This document shows, piece after piece, positions 1-12,800 of a DNA stretch of 64,000 bases. Origin of the DNA: Heteronotia binoei (taxonomy: Eukaryota); contig NC_083239.1 in NCBI RefSeq assembly GCF_032191835.1, positions 20,522,001 to 20,586,000 on the forward strand, written 5' to 3'. The notes beneath the pieces were generated by a model, which made no database searches, was not told the origin of the DNA, and worked only from the letters and a program-made list of their open reading frames with translations. Every line of letters starts with the position of its first letter. Positions within the stretch are counted from its first letter, which is position 1. The position numbers and the translations under genes are program-made.

Positions 1-136
1 GGAGCGCATTGCCACATTTTATATTTGTTCCACACCCTACACTTCCTGTATAAAACAGACCCCCAAACCCTCTGCCCTGCCCTCTCGCCACAAGCCCTCC
101 AACTCACTGCTCCTCCTCTTCATGGTCTCCCAGCAG

Positions 137-3100
137 GCTTGCAAATGCTTCTGGCACCATTACTCTCAAATGCAAGGACCTGAAAATTCTGCACCTGGAG
201 ATCCCAGGCATGGAAGAATGCCTCAACATTGCCAGTTCCATTGAGGTGAGCAGAACACCCTTTGTGTGGCTTCCCTTGAACATTGCCCAGGCATGGAGGA
301 CAAACACCTCCAAGTTGTTCAGAATGGTTACCCATAATTGTAGCCAGTCTACACATTTGGCACTCTGGCTCAGTGGTGGAGCAAGGAAGGCTTTTGCAAG
401 CAGAAGGTCCCCGGTTCAGTTCCTCAGTATTAAAGGGTCTCAAGTACCAGGTGTGGGAAAGTGTCTTCTTTGCCTGAAACCCAGCCAGTCATGGAGATAA
501 GGTTGCTAACTACAAGTTGGGAAATTCCTGGGGATTAGGGGGTGGAGCCCGGGAAGGATGGCATTTGAGAAGGGACTGCAGCAGGGTGTAGTGTCATAAT
601 ATCCTCCAAAGCAGTCATTTCCTCCAGGGGAACTGATCTTTGTTGTCTGAAGATTAGTTGTAATTCCAGGCCCCACCTGGGGATTGACAACCCTAGAGAG
701 GAGACAGTAATGAGCTCCATGGACCAATGGTCTACTCCAGTCTGAGGCAACCACATATCTCTTGGGGGCAGGGTCTTTGCTTTCACGTCCGCCCCTCTCT
801 GTTTGCAATGACCCTGACACTCCCCCAGGAAGCAGCTGCTTGCCCCACTGGAGGAAACAGCAGCTTGGGGGACTTTCGGGGTTAGCACACACTGTGGTTC
901 CACCACCCTTGTCAATTGGGGCAGCTGTTTTTCTAACAGCTAAAATGCTTGAGCTCCATTCCCTGAACATCCAATATTCTGTCTGGTTTGAGAGTACACT
1001 TCCCCCCTCTAAAATGCAGATTTGGATATCTTTTGGGAATTTGGCCTCCTCTGCTGGAAGTGGTGATCTAAATGAGGCGGAGGCATTACAAAACAGCTGC
1101 TTGAACCCACCAGAGGGGCTTGTCTCAGCCAGTTTGGGGGTAAGAGGAGGCTGATGCTTTGGAAAGGTCTCCTGCTTGCCTTTTTGTTTGCTCAGCTCTA
1201 ACTGGCCCTGATAGGCAGACAATGTTTGCCTATTGATTTCCTTGTTGGGAAAGCAAACAGTAACAGGACATCAGCAGTAAGGGAACTGGTTTTCAGCTCA
1301 AGGCATGCTTGGCCTTTGACTGGCTTTTGCCTTGCCCTATGAGAGCTGAAAGGGATTGGCACTTCCTTGGGAATAGCTTAGTCCCATTTGGAACACTCCA
1401 CAGGAGCCGGTGTCAACGCCAGAGCTGTGCTGGGGTGGGGGATGGGATTCAGAGCACTGTGCACTAAGTCCCTTGTATGTCCTTATGGGAGCAGCAGGCC
1501 TTTGTAGAGGGCAGCACGCTTGCTTGGGGAGGGATAAGGAACCCTGCAGGGCAATGAAACACATCTGTGAACACAGGAAGTTGCCTTATACTGAATCAGA
1601 CCATTGGTCTGCTGAGGTCAGTATTGTATACTCTGACTGGCAGTGGCTCTCCAGAGTCTCAGACAAAATTCTTTTGTAACACCTCCTGCCTACTGGGATT
1701 GAACCTGGCACCTTCTGCATACAAAGCAGATGCTCTACCATTGAGCCACAGCTCCATAAGCCCACCCACACTACTGCTGGAGATGTAATTCATCCACCCA
1801 TCTGATTTCTGAGACTCCCACCTCTTGGTTTCAAGTATATTATGAGACCTGTAAGAGCTAGAAGGTTGGTGCTTTTAATATTAAGAAATGGGTTAGCACA
1901 TCCACAATAAGTGGCATTCTCTGGTCCAAAACCACATTATGCCCTCCTGCGAATCATAGAAAACATGGGAGCTTTGCTGTCTTGGTTTTATGGTTTAGCA
2001 CCACACTAGAAATGGTTCTACAAAAATAGCAAGGATAGGACAGCATGGGAGAATCTCACAGTGGCCTCATCCTTCAAGGTGGCCATGGCAGTTCTGCTCT
2101 TCCAGCATGGCACCTGGCCCACAGAGCTCTCATTTCAAGAATTGGAGCTGATGGATCCTAGGCCAGAGGCTGGAGAGTGAGTTTGTGCTGCTTCCTACAG
2201 AGCTCTGTGCTTGTTGGAACTGGTGCTTTGCTCGGCAATCCACAGAACTGCCTTCCTGCATTATTGACCTGGGGCAGGGGTGTGGAACATGTTTCTGGGA
2301 GGCCCACAAGACAGCAGTGGGTCTGGGTAAGGCCTCAGATGTTTGTAGGGTTAACACACCTTCCTTGTTTCCCCAGGCCCTCTCCTCTGTTGAGTCCGTC
2401 ATGATGACATACCCCTTTTTCTATAGACCCCAAAGCGTGAAGCTGGAAAAAGGGTGGCAACTGTACCCACTTGAAAAATACTACCAGCAAATAGCCTCTG
2501 ATGTAAGTGGGGAATGAGACTTGAGAGTGGGAAAACAGGGTTGGTCAATGGCATCTCAAAGTGCTGGGCTGTGTTAAGCAAAGGTGTAAATCCTCAACAC
2601 ATTTTCTTCCCAGACAAAATCTCATACAATTGTTTCCTCAGCAGACTTTAGAGAAGGGGTCCTCAAACTTTTTAAGTGCCTTTGGAATCAGTCACAAAAT
2701 GGCCACCATGGAAGGTAGAGCAAGCCACAAAATGGCTGCCAAACAGAGGAAGCCCAAGTGCTGGGGTTCCCCCCAGTCACCAGCAGGGGATGGGGAATGG
2801 AGTAGAGTTGCCGGATTCAGGTTGGGAAACAACTAGATATTTGGTGATGGAGCCTGGGGAGGTCAGGGACCTCAGTGGGGGACAGTGCCAGAGTCCACTC
2901 TACAAAGCATTCCTTTTCTACAGGGGAACTGATCTCTGTAGTCTGGAGACAAGTTGTGATTCCAGGTGATCCCCAGGTCCCACCTAGAAGCTGGCATCCC
3001 TACCAAGTGTAGGAACCAATTTTAAATAACAATTTTTAAAAATCCTCTGGGAAAGAGTAGAAGTATAAAATCAATGCTGTGGTGGCAGCTACCACCGAAG

Positions 3101-6100
3101 CAATGTTATATTTTAATCTGTACAGCGAAATGACTTCCAGTGGCCAATCAGAAGCCCTACTGAGCAGCAGCTTCTGACTCCATCCTCTTTATGAAAACAT
3201 TTGACGGATGCTGTGGCACCCACATTCACCACCATGGCAGAGCAGGCTGTCCCCCCACTAGTTAGCCCCTGACCTAAGACTACCTGGTGTGACCAAGGCA
3301 AAAAGGAGTGAGTTTGACACCGGCCTCCCTCCCAGACAGGCACCTGGAGGCTCTCTTCTGTCAACAAGGATTTTGCTGTCTGCCCCAGTTACCCCCCAGT
3401 GGTGATGGTGCCAGCTTCTGTTGATGACGGAGCCCTGAGAAAGAGCGCCTGTTTCCGCCAGGGGAGGCGGTTTCCTGTCCTGAGCTATTTTCACAAGAAG
3501 AATGGGACTGTGAGTCCAATGTTTTATCATTTCCCTCATTGCTTGCCTGTCTTATTTTCTGCGGACACAACAGTTCTTCTCCCCTCCCCCATATTTTTGG
3601 TAGTGCTACAAAAAACAATTTAATCTGGACAGGAAAATGAATGAGAGCAATAATGGCAAATGCCAGGTTTCTTCACCTGTGACAGTGAAGAAGGAGAGCA
3701 AATGATGTGAGATACTAACAAGACCGGAGAATTACATGATTAACAATTTTTACAGAGCTGAACGCAGAATGTTTGTCTCTGCCACAATGACAGTCTCACG
3801 CATGCCGTTTTGCCCTGGCAGGTGTTGCTCCGTAGTGGCCAGCCTCTCACTGGACCAAACCGGAAGCGCTGCCGGGAGGACGAGCTGCTCTTGGGTGCTG
3901 TGCTGGAACAAGGGGACCGTTGTTTCATCCTGGACACCCGCTCAGCACAGGCAGCCAAGCAGGCCCAGGTGATGGGTGGAGGCGTAGAGCACAGGGCTGC
4001 CTATCCTCACTGGAAGAGGCTGCACCGGCCCCTGGAGAGGTAAGCATACAGGATCTGACAGGGAAGCCCGCCATTGCTGCCACTGCTGCAGGGGCTAACT
4101 GGCGTGGACCCAGCTAGTGGCTACAGTGGCAGGTGAGCCAACAAGTTTTTGCTTTCATTGGCAGTGGCCAGATCTAAGCTGGAAGGCCCCAGAAGCACCA
4201 CTGGGCTTTGCTCTGGGCTGCCACCAGCTTCCAAGGGCAGTGGCCCTTGTGAAATTTTCTCAGCAACTTAAAGGGTCAGTCTGACCTTGAAAACACACAT
4301 TTGCATTTCCCTAGGCCATGGCCTGTTGGGGATGTAGTCATACTAAGCAGGGCACCACACGATTAACTGCAACCAAACTACTGTGAAGGGTGTGTGTGTG
4401 TTGTGGTGACATATGGCACCTCCCTCCCCGCAAAGCCTTTTTTTCCAGCAGTCCAATAGTTAACACATAAAGCTGCCTGATACTGAATCAGACTGTTGGT
4501 TCATTGTCATCAGCATTGTCTACTCAGAATGGCAGCAGCTCTCCAGGGTCTTAGAGGGAAGTATTTCCCATCACCTACTACCAGATCTTCTTACCTGGAG
4601 ATGTCAGGGTCTGAACCTAGGACCTCTGCACGTCAAGCAGATGCTCTGCCTCTGAACCCTGGCCTCTTCTGAAAGGAACTTACCACTTTCAAGTTCAAGC
4701 ATGCAGATCAGAGAAGGCTCAACAGCAGCCAGGCCTTGGATCTCACACCTGTCTTTCCACTGAAGAGATCCAAAGTGCCTTTCTCCCAGAAGGCACCTGG
4801 GACAGGAGCCCAGGCAGCCCACCCTCTCTGACCATTGTCTCTCGGTCTCTTCCCCTTATACAGGGGCCGTCCCCTACATGAGAGCTTCACCAGGCTGGTG
4901 GAGGCATGCCTCGATCCTTCCAACAGCATGGACCGCTGGCTGGCTAAGCTGGAAGCCTCCAAGTGGCTGTCCCACATCAAGGAGGCACTGAGCACTGCCT
5001 GTCTCACGGTACAGTGCCTGGAAAGGTAGGTCACCGGGACTGAGTTCAGAATAGCTCCAAGGACAGCAGGAGCTCTTGGGAGTGGAAGGGAGATGGGTCC
5101 ATAGCAAAGCCCCTGGAGGAAACACACCCACCTACTCTGAGGGACAAAGCCTTTAAGCAGTGGGGTGGGCCCAAATACAGAATGGAGTCAAGTTTCTTGG
5201 AACCAGTGGCTAGACAGACTGGGAAAATCACTTACACTCAGCAAGTAACCCAGTTGTGCTCTCTCAACCTAACCCATAGTGTTCTTGTGAGGAAAAAATG
5301 GCCTCGTCCCATTCATGGGCCCTAGCCAGAGTTCTTCAGGAGGATGGTGGAACAGTAATGTCAGGCATGAATGCTGTGGTTTGCTTTCAGAGAAGAGGCT
5401 TGTGTTCTGGTGCATGGATCTGAAGGGACAGACGCCACTCTACTTGTGACAGCTCTGGCTCAGATCATCCTGGATCCTGAATGCAGAACTTTGGCTGGCT
5501 TCCAGGGGCTGATAGAGCGGGAATGGATCCAGGTACCTAAAAAAAAAAAAAGGTAAAGCAGTGGGGACATATCTGAGGACTGTTGTTTCCTGTGTATATC
5601 TCCACAGCCATGAGGACTAGCAATATGACTTCTAAAAAAGAAAATGGAACCTGGAATTGTCTGAAATGGGCTCAGATACCATCTCCTGCGGCTGCATAAT
5701 TTTTTTATCTGCCGTTTTCTCAGGAAGAACCAGCTCTATAATGTACCTCTTTGCTTTGCACAGGCCGGCCACCCGTTCTCCCTCCGCTGTGCCCACTCGG
5801 CCTATTCCCATGCCCGCCTCAAGCAGGAGGCTCCTGTGTTCCTCCTCTTCCTCGACTGCGTCTGGCAACTCGGGCGCCAGTTCCCCTTCTCCCTGGAGTT
5901 CAACGAGCGCCTCCTGCTGACCCTCTTCGAACACAGCTATGCCTCGCCCTATGGCACGTTCCTGTGCAATAACGAGCGAGACAGGTGAGGGGGGAGCAGG
6001 CAGGTAAATAAGTCAGAGATGATGTGAGAGGGGCTTCATTTGATTGACAACCCCTTAGGGTTGTGCCCTTATGCAGCCTTGCCTGCCAGTAGCCTTGAGT

Positions 6101-7407
6101 CCAGTTCACAGTGCTGCATTTGACCTTTGAACAAAAGCCGCACAGAGTTGGGGGCTTGCGTTCTCGGCCGTCTCTGGTGTGGCCCCCCTCATTTTTTGCC
6201 ATCAAGTCACAGCTGACTTCTGATGACTGCAAGAGACATTCAGGGGTGCTTTGCTGTTGCTTGCCTTTGTGTAGTGACTGGCTTTCCATACAAATAATCG
6301 GGGCCAATCCTGCTTCGTTTCCAAGATCACCTACCCCAAAAAAATATATCTGGCAGTTGCTGAATGTGAGATGCCAAGCAAAAACGTAATTATTTTGTCA
6401 AAAAAATTGATTGGCTCCCCCTGCAGGAAGCTCTGTGAAGTGAAGGCGAAGACTCATGCTCTCTGGCCTTGGCTGAATTGCGAAGGAGACAAATACAGGA
6501 ATCCACTGTATGCACACAACCCCCTGGTCATCTGGCCATCAGTGGAGCCCCAGAGTATACTACTCTGGCAAGGTATGATACCCCTTTACTCTTTGCTGCC
6601 CCTTCTTAAAAATGTGGACATGAGGATCCTTTAACCAGACATCCAAATTCTTTCCACAAACCTCATTTCCCCAACCTACAGGATGTTGTAGAACTGGAAT
6701 CTGAAATCCTTGTTCTGTGTTTGGACTCTCCAGCCATCAGGGCCAACAAGCTTCCAAACTCTTTCCTTTGATGATCAGGATTAAACTTGCATCATTGGTT
6801 TTGTAAGGACTTTGTACAGTTAAGTTTTGCTTTTGCAGATGTAAGAGACACAAGGGACTATATGAAAACAAACCAAATTTATTGCAAGCCATGAGGCTTG
6901 AAAGAACAGTTTAAGGTTTTGCAACTGCTAGATATATCACATTTTCAGACCATTTAAAATATTTGTAAACCCACCTTTCCCACACAGAATGGAGTTCTGG
7001 AGTTTGAGTCATTTTTTGATACATTTTGTACCTTGTCAGATAAATTGCAGCATTAAGTTCCCTTGAAACAACACCTCTGGTGATGCTATTCCCCTTCTTG
7101 CAATCACCTGATTGTTCCCTTCCAGGGCTTACAGCATGGAATCCTTTAAGACCATCAACATCCACACTTGGGGGTTGAGGAAAAACTAACTGCTCCATTT
7201 CCTACCGTCTTTTGGAAGTGGTGGTGATGGGGAATTGTCCTTCTAACCACAGTGTTTTCTGCAGGCTTATTCCTCCGCTGGATCCGTCCATCCCACTATC
7301 TAGATGAAGCATGGGCAGAAATGCAGAAAATAGCAAGAAACAGCCAAGTTCGTAAGGAACAATTGAGTGATGCACCACAGGAGCAAATTCCAAGACAGAC
7401 CAATTAA
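137..7407 (+). CDS. MTMR9L: Myotubularin-related protein 9-like pseudophosphatase (syntenic ortholog of human MTMR9LP), exons 2-10; exon 1 lies upstream of the window
   Basis: Exons 137-245, 2377-2502, 3336-3509, 3822-4039, 4864-5025, 5391-5532, 5764-5984, 6427-6572, 7265-7407 (TAA). All are AG/GT bounded and phase-continuous. Peptides resemble MTMR9 (IPGMEECLNIASSIE, YPFFYRP, RFPVLSYFHKKNG, RSGQPLTG, MDRWLAKLEASKWL, VFLLFLDCVWQL, LVIWPSVEPQS). The catalytic loop reads VHGSEGTD, with no Cys. Confidence 0.93.
498..695. mobile_element. Short TAGGGTTGCCA-family MITE; related copies at about 2802-3003, 17500-17670, 58790-58926 and 61350-61390
   Basis: Degenerate termini (A/G)GGTTGC...GCAACCCTA and a shared core CCAGGGGAACTGATCT. 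Confidence 0.6.
1570..1756 (-). mobile_element. tRNA-derived SINE; copies at 4462-4663 (-), 44920-45122 (-) and a head at 364-430 (+)
   Basis: Minus-strand head GCTGTGGCTCAATGGTAGAGCATCTGCTT..GGTTCAATCCC and a shared tail CTGATTCAGTATAAGGCA. Confidence 0.75.
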
Positions 7408-8342
7408 GGAGCAAAAGCCCAGTCCCTGAACATCTAAAGTTTCCCACGGCCTGCTGTCCTCCCCATCTTGAACACAGCAGCTCTCAAAGGCATAAAAAAG
7501 AGATGTTGGTTTGGTGTTGGTCACACAAGCCAGGCCATCAGCTTAACCCCAATCTGTGTGGGTGCGTACAATTCATCCCAGCTTCTGAATTGTTATAGCT
7601 AAACTTGCCAGTTAGTTATATACGGTACAACAGTTAGCTATTTGTGTCATCCAAGGTTTTTAAAGCAAGAAAGCCAAGCTCTGGACTTGGAACAACTCTG
7701 GAAAGTGGGCCTGTTTTGGGCTTTCCCTCTCATATTCATCTGGGGGGGGGGGCGACAAACTAAACTACAGGGGTTTCCACCTCCACAGGACCACAGTTGA
7801 TTTGAACATCTGAACCTGGTTGTGAGCCAGACCACAGGCCTACCTAACTTAGTACTGTTTACTCTGAAAGTAGCTCTCTAGCATTTCAGGTAGGGAAGGG
7901 TCCTTTCAGCTGGAGGTTCTGGGAAGTCCTGGAACTTCCTGTATGAGAAATCAAGCCTTGTCTGTGGACCCTTCACTTTGTCCAGTTAAGACAAGACAAC
8001 CTGCACCCTGGGTGAGACTGTGACAGATGGGCAAAGGTTCTGCCCCTTCCTAAAAATCACCAATCCTTTAATCCTGTTTGGTAATGTGAGCAGAGCAACT
8101 AGCAGCCAATCAGGATCCCTTTAAGGGCTGGAGGAGCCAGATGGGAGGGGGGAAGTGAAAAGGGAAGAAAGCCGTTACACTGTTAGCTCAGATCAGGAAA
8201 AAAAGGTCTGAACCTTCAGAGAAAGAGACTGGAAGGATTGTCTCAGAGCTGGCCATGTGTGCGAGCAGGCTAAACCGGTGAATCTGTAGAGACAGGGGTT
8301 GTCTCCAGAATATCAGTTGGAAGAGAATCTGTCTCAGGCGGC

Positions 8343-8771
8343 TGTCAGGCTCTGTAACTCTATCATACTGAAATTATAAAATACTAACCAAATGGACTTT
8401 TCTATACTAACCCCTAGCCTTTGTGAGATTGTAGTTACCATGCATATCAAAGGGAACGTTTGAAGTGTTAACTTTGTTTAGGTTGTGAAGAAAGCGAAGG
8501 AATGTGACCGTTAATAGATACCGCCGCTGGCCAGCATCTTCCCAGAGGCTAGAAGATAAGCAGAGGCTCTCGTGTGAAAGTTTGCACCTTTACTCAATGT
8601 TGTTTTGAGAATAATGGCTTTGTTTAGAAATTACTTTGCTATAGATTCCATAAGACCCAGAAACACCCCTGCCAAGGTATTAGTCTCAATTTCTGTTTCA
8701 AGCTATGAGTTTCCAATAAAAGTATTACATTGTCTCAAATGAATACAGCCTTGAGTCTCCATCGCCTGACA
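8343..8771 (+). mobile_element. Solo LTR
   Basis: TGTCAGGC...GCCTGACA inverted termini; 5-bp TSD GCGGC on both sides; AATAAA at 8715-8720. Confidence 0.85.
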
Positions 8772-9039
8772 GCGGCTTTGGAAGGCTTGAAGTTTGGCTT
8801 TTGTGATGGAGCAGGCTAGCTTGAGGGAAGATATCGTAGCTATCTTGAAGCCTTAATTTCTGAGGAAAATCAAAGATATGTGGTTCTAAGCGGAGCTCAC
8901 ATTTACACTGTGAAAATCCTGAGGTTGATGGAAGGCCAGTATTCACCCCCCAAGAATACAAATTTGGTTGCTGAATGCCTTCTACTCCCCCAAATTATTT
9001 GCTGGTGACCTTTAAAATGAATGGGCCCAGCAAGACCTG

Positions 9040-9196
9040 TAAATAAAACAAAGTGTGAGTCCAGTGAGACCTTTAAGACCAACAACATTTTATTCAAGGT
9101 ATGAGTCTTTGTGTGCAAGCATACTCTAAAAAGCGCCACTGGACTTAAACTTTCTTCTGCTACTTCAGACAAACATGGCTGCCCACCTGAATATAC
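9040..9196. mobile_element. Inverted pair of Penelope terminal fragments
   Basis: A minus-strand copy (..CATACCTTGAATAAAA..GGTCTTAAAGG..CACTGGACTC) is followed by a plus-strand copy (CCACTGGACTT..TACTTCAGACAAACATGGCT), both homologous to 50020-50110. Confidence 0.55.
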
Positions 9197-9807
9197 CTGT
9201 AAATAGTTTCTATTCTTTCTGAACTACCTTATTCACCTATCCTTGGGAGTAAATAAAAGTTATTCTTTTTTTGTTTACTTCACAGGTGCTGAACTTCTTT
9301 TATTCAGAAGCCACTTGGGTTAAGGGTTAGGTGGAGGGCTGGAGTAGAGACCACAGTGGGTACAGCTTTACATTACACTACCTCTGTTTAAATGTCATTT
9401 GTAAGACCTTGATCTTCACAGACATGTACTCTGAGCTTTAACAAATGAATAAAAATTCTGCAACTGGCAGCTCAAATCTCAAAACTACCAACATATTTCT
9501 CAAAACAGCCTACTACAAACAGATTCAGGCTTGCTCCAATTCTGGTTGAGGAAATTGTGTTTATTACTTTCTTTTGTATTAATTCTATAAATATGACAAA
9601 ATGACTATGAAAACTGCAGTCCCTGAGAGAAGGCAGAGAGCTCGGCCAGGCTACAAGCAGCAGCTGCCGGTGGAGCGCCCTCTGCTTCACTTCAGGTGGC
9701 TACACCAGGCCTCTCTCCAGAATAAACACAACTTCAGGCAATGAGGACATTAAAGAGCTCAGAAAGGCAATTGCAGAAAAGGGGGGAGGGAAGAGGAGGG
9801 AGCCAGT

Positions 9808-12800
9808 TCAAGCTTCAAACTCAAACTCGAAGTACTGAGGATCAAAATAATGGATGCGGACATAGCCGTCCTCGCCCCCGCTGCTGTAGCTGAAAGGGAA
9901 ATGAGAAAGAGAGGTGAAGCTGTTGGCCCTGAGGACTGCAAGTGTCCATCCCCCATGAAAGACACGGCCCACTTTTTGGCTGTCAGCAAACTTACCTCTT
10001 TCCATCAGGATGGAAAGCAACACTGTTAATGGGCCCAAAGTGGCCTTTGACTCTTCCAAACTCTTCCTCAAAGGCCAAATGGAAGAACCTAGAGCAACAA
10101 GAGGTTTGTGAGGATGCTGCAAAAGAAACAGAGCCCGGGCAAACGAGAGGTGGAGGGAGTTCTCTCATCACCTGTCCGTAATGCTCCAATGTAGGGTCAG
10201 TCTTTAGGCCAAGCCACTTACTAAGCAGTTGTCTGGGGTGGGAAGAGGAGGAGCACACTGATGCCCTGCGGGACCTCTATTCACTTCCAGTTCCTCAGTG
10301 ATACAGGAGGTGGCTGGTATCCCCATCCTAGGCCCACACTGCCAGCCAACAGCTGCTGCACGGGTTTGGTGTGGCTTGGCTGGCAGTGTGACAGGTCCAG
10401 GAAGGATCCTGGGGCATCCAGATATCTTGTTCTGGCCCTTTGCCTGCTGAAACCTGAGTTAGGTTTCCTGGGAGAAATCCACCATCCTCTTGCAAGAAAA
10501 AGGCAAGACAAATATGCTCACCTGGCCTCAAACTTGCCAATCCTGGTGGAAGTAGTTGTCACATCCATGGCTTCCTGGCCACCACCTAACACCACCTGCC
10601 CAAGGGCAAACAAGAAGGAAAGATCTGCACAAAACTGTTCTTTGGTATGAGACTATAGCTTAATTACTACAGTCAAGAACTGCAACCTGGCCATAGAGGG
10701 AAACAAAATGGATTCAGAGGCTCAAAGGCCCATCTCATCCCAAGGAGCAGTGCAGATAAAGGTAAGCAGACCAGAAGAGCAAGTAACCAACTGATCTCAG
10801 TCAGGCATATCCATCTGGTTGGAAACTGGGATCACGGCCTGCCCATGTTCTGCTCTCACCCAGTTTTCAGCTTTGCCATGTCAGCATCCAACTACATTTT
10901 TGCCATTTCCCTTTCCAGCCCAGATGAAGACAGTTGTGAGGTGACAAACAAAGGGAAGACATACATAAACAATCCCTGCTCAGATGGCAGCACAGAAAAT
11001 CTCCATCTCAAGTCCAGGAAAAGTTCCTTCACAAGCTGCTAGGAGACGGTTCAACACTAGCCACAAGGGTGTGTGCCCAGGGGAGGGACACTTGTAGGTT
11101 TGCTCACAAACTCACATGATCAAAGATGGGGGACAGTGCAGCTGAATTCACTGGCCGCTCAGTCCGGAATGTCTTTAGGTGACCAAGTGTTGTGGAGTCA
11201 AACAGCTGCAAAGAAAGAAACGGCTCATGAATTGCCCTAACAAACCACTCAACACAAGCCTCTGTTGACACTACCCTAGCAGGGTCCAAGGAAGAGGTCC
11301 TAATGACTTGGCCTGCAGATGCCACAAGCCACACCACCACCATTTCAGGGCAAGAAAGATGCTCCCCAACCACACAGCAGTCATGAGTCCACCCTAAGAC
11401 AAAGGTGGGAGGTGTCCCCTACCCCCTGCCGTCACATTGCACAAACCCAGATTATTTATCAAGAACATGATAATGGCTGAGCACAGCTCCTGGCATTTAG
11501 GAGCAAGGCCTCAAGAATAATTTCTGCAGAATGACTCATGATCTAAAACACATTAAGCACTGCCCTGTGGCTGAAGGTGGAGGTTTTTTTTAAGGGGGGT
11601 GGGTTACTGACCTGGAATTGAATTTCTTTTAACACAGAAAATTTGCAGCCCTGCTTGCAACACTCTTTTCTCTTAACAGGAGCAAAACTGACTGCATTTG
11701 GATGATGTGTGTAAAAGCCACCCTCATAAATGCCTGTACGCATCCCTCCTCCTCAGGAGATGAAGAATACCAGGCTAAGCCACAACCTTCACATGGGAAA
11801 ATGCTGGTGCACAACAGATCAAAGTTTTGCTTTCTTGCATGTTCTACTGTGCACCAAAACCCTGAATGTGGGGAACATTCTTAACTTCAAGCAGCAGATG
11901 CTCATAGGCTCTATGTGCCTTATACCCCCACATTCCCACCCAGGAGGTGGACACTTACAGGACAAGGCAGGAGAAGACAACGGTTGTTTTTTTTGGGGGG
12001 GAGGGGCAGAAATAGGACAAACCTTGGCTGTGTTGTCCTTTGAAGCTGTGATAAACATGGTCATGTCTCGGGAAGTCTGGATGTCATTGATCTGTTTTGT
12101 GTGCTCCTTGACATTCACGAGAACCTCCCCGGACTAAAGAGGAAGAGAAGGAAGAAGGTGATAGTGCCTCCAGAGTGCAGACAAAGGGAAATACTTCTTT
12201 ACTCAACATCCTCTCAATTGTTATAAATAACTTATCAATCATGTTTAAAGTGTTTCATGTACACTCTCTCAGTATTCTTTATAACAGCCCAGTAAGGAAG
12301 ACCAGTGTGTAAATCGGAGCATCCACATAACAACAGCTTTTGTGAAGGCCCCCAGTCTCAACCCTCTGCTCTAGATAAAAACATAATATAAGAGAAATCA
12401 TGTTGGATCAGGCCAATGGCCCATCCAGTCCTACACTCTGTGTCACACAATGGCAAAAAAAATCCCAAGTGCCATCAGGAGGTCCCTCCCACTGTGCTCC
12501 CCTCAAGCACCAAGAATACAGAGCATCACTGCCCCAGGCAGAGAGTTCCAACAATAAGCTGTGGATAATAGCCACTGATGGACCTCTGCTCCATATGCTT
12601 ATCCAATCCCCTCTTAAAGCTGTCTATGCTTGTAGCCGCTGCCACCTCCTGTGGCAGTAAATTCCATGTGTTAATCACCCTGTGTTAAACACAATAAGAA
12701 GCTTGTCAGGGAGGCCAGTGATTAGTGGTGGATGTGAATGTGCCAAACCTCTGTCTACTCATGGAACTCAATGAGCTGCTCTGGGCAAGTCTCTGCCTTG

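Noticed and set aside
506-1222. 238-aa minus-strand ORF
   Set aside because: No recognisable motifs; lies antisense in an MTMR9-like intron and overlaps a MITE; no splice or codon support.
1570-1756. tRNA-like and 5S-like sequences (also 16137, 22740, 44920, 58262)
   Set aside because: These are SINE heads fused to LINE-derived tails, degenerate and lacking cloverleaf or terminator; not functional RNA genes.
8019-8901. Possible outer LTR (TGTGA...TCACA) enclosing the solo LTR
   Set aside because: Only a 5-bp terminal match and no TSD; not supportable without a repeat library.
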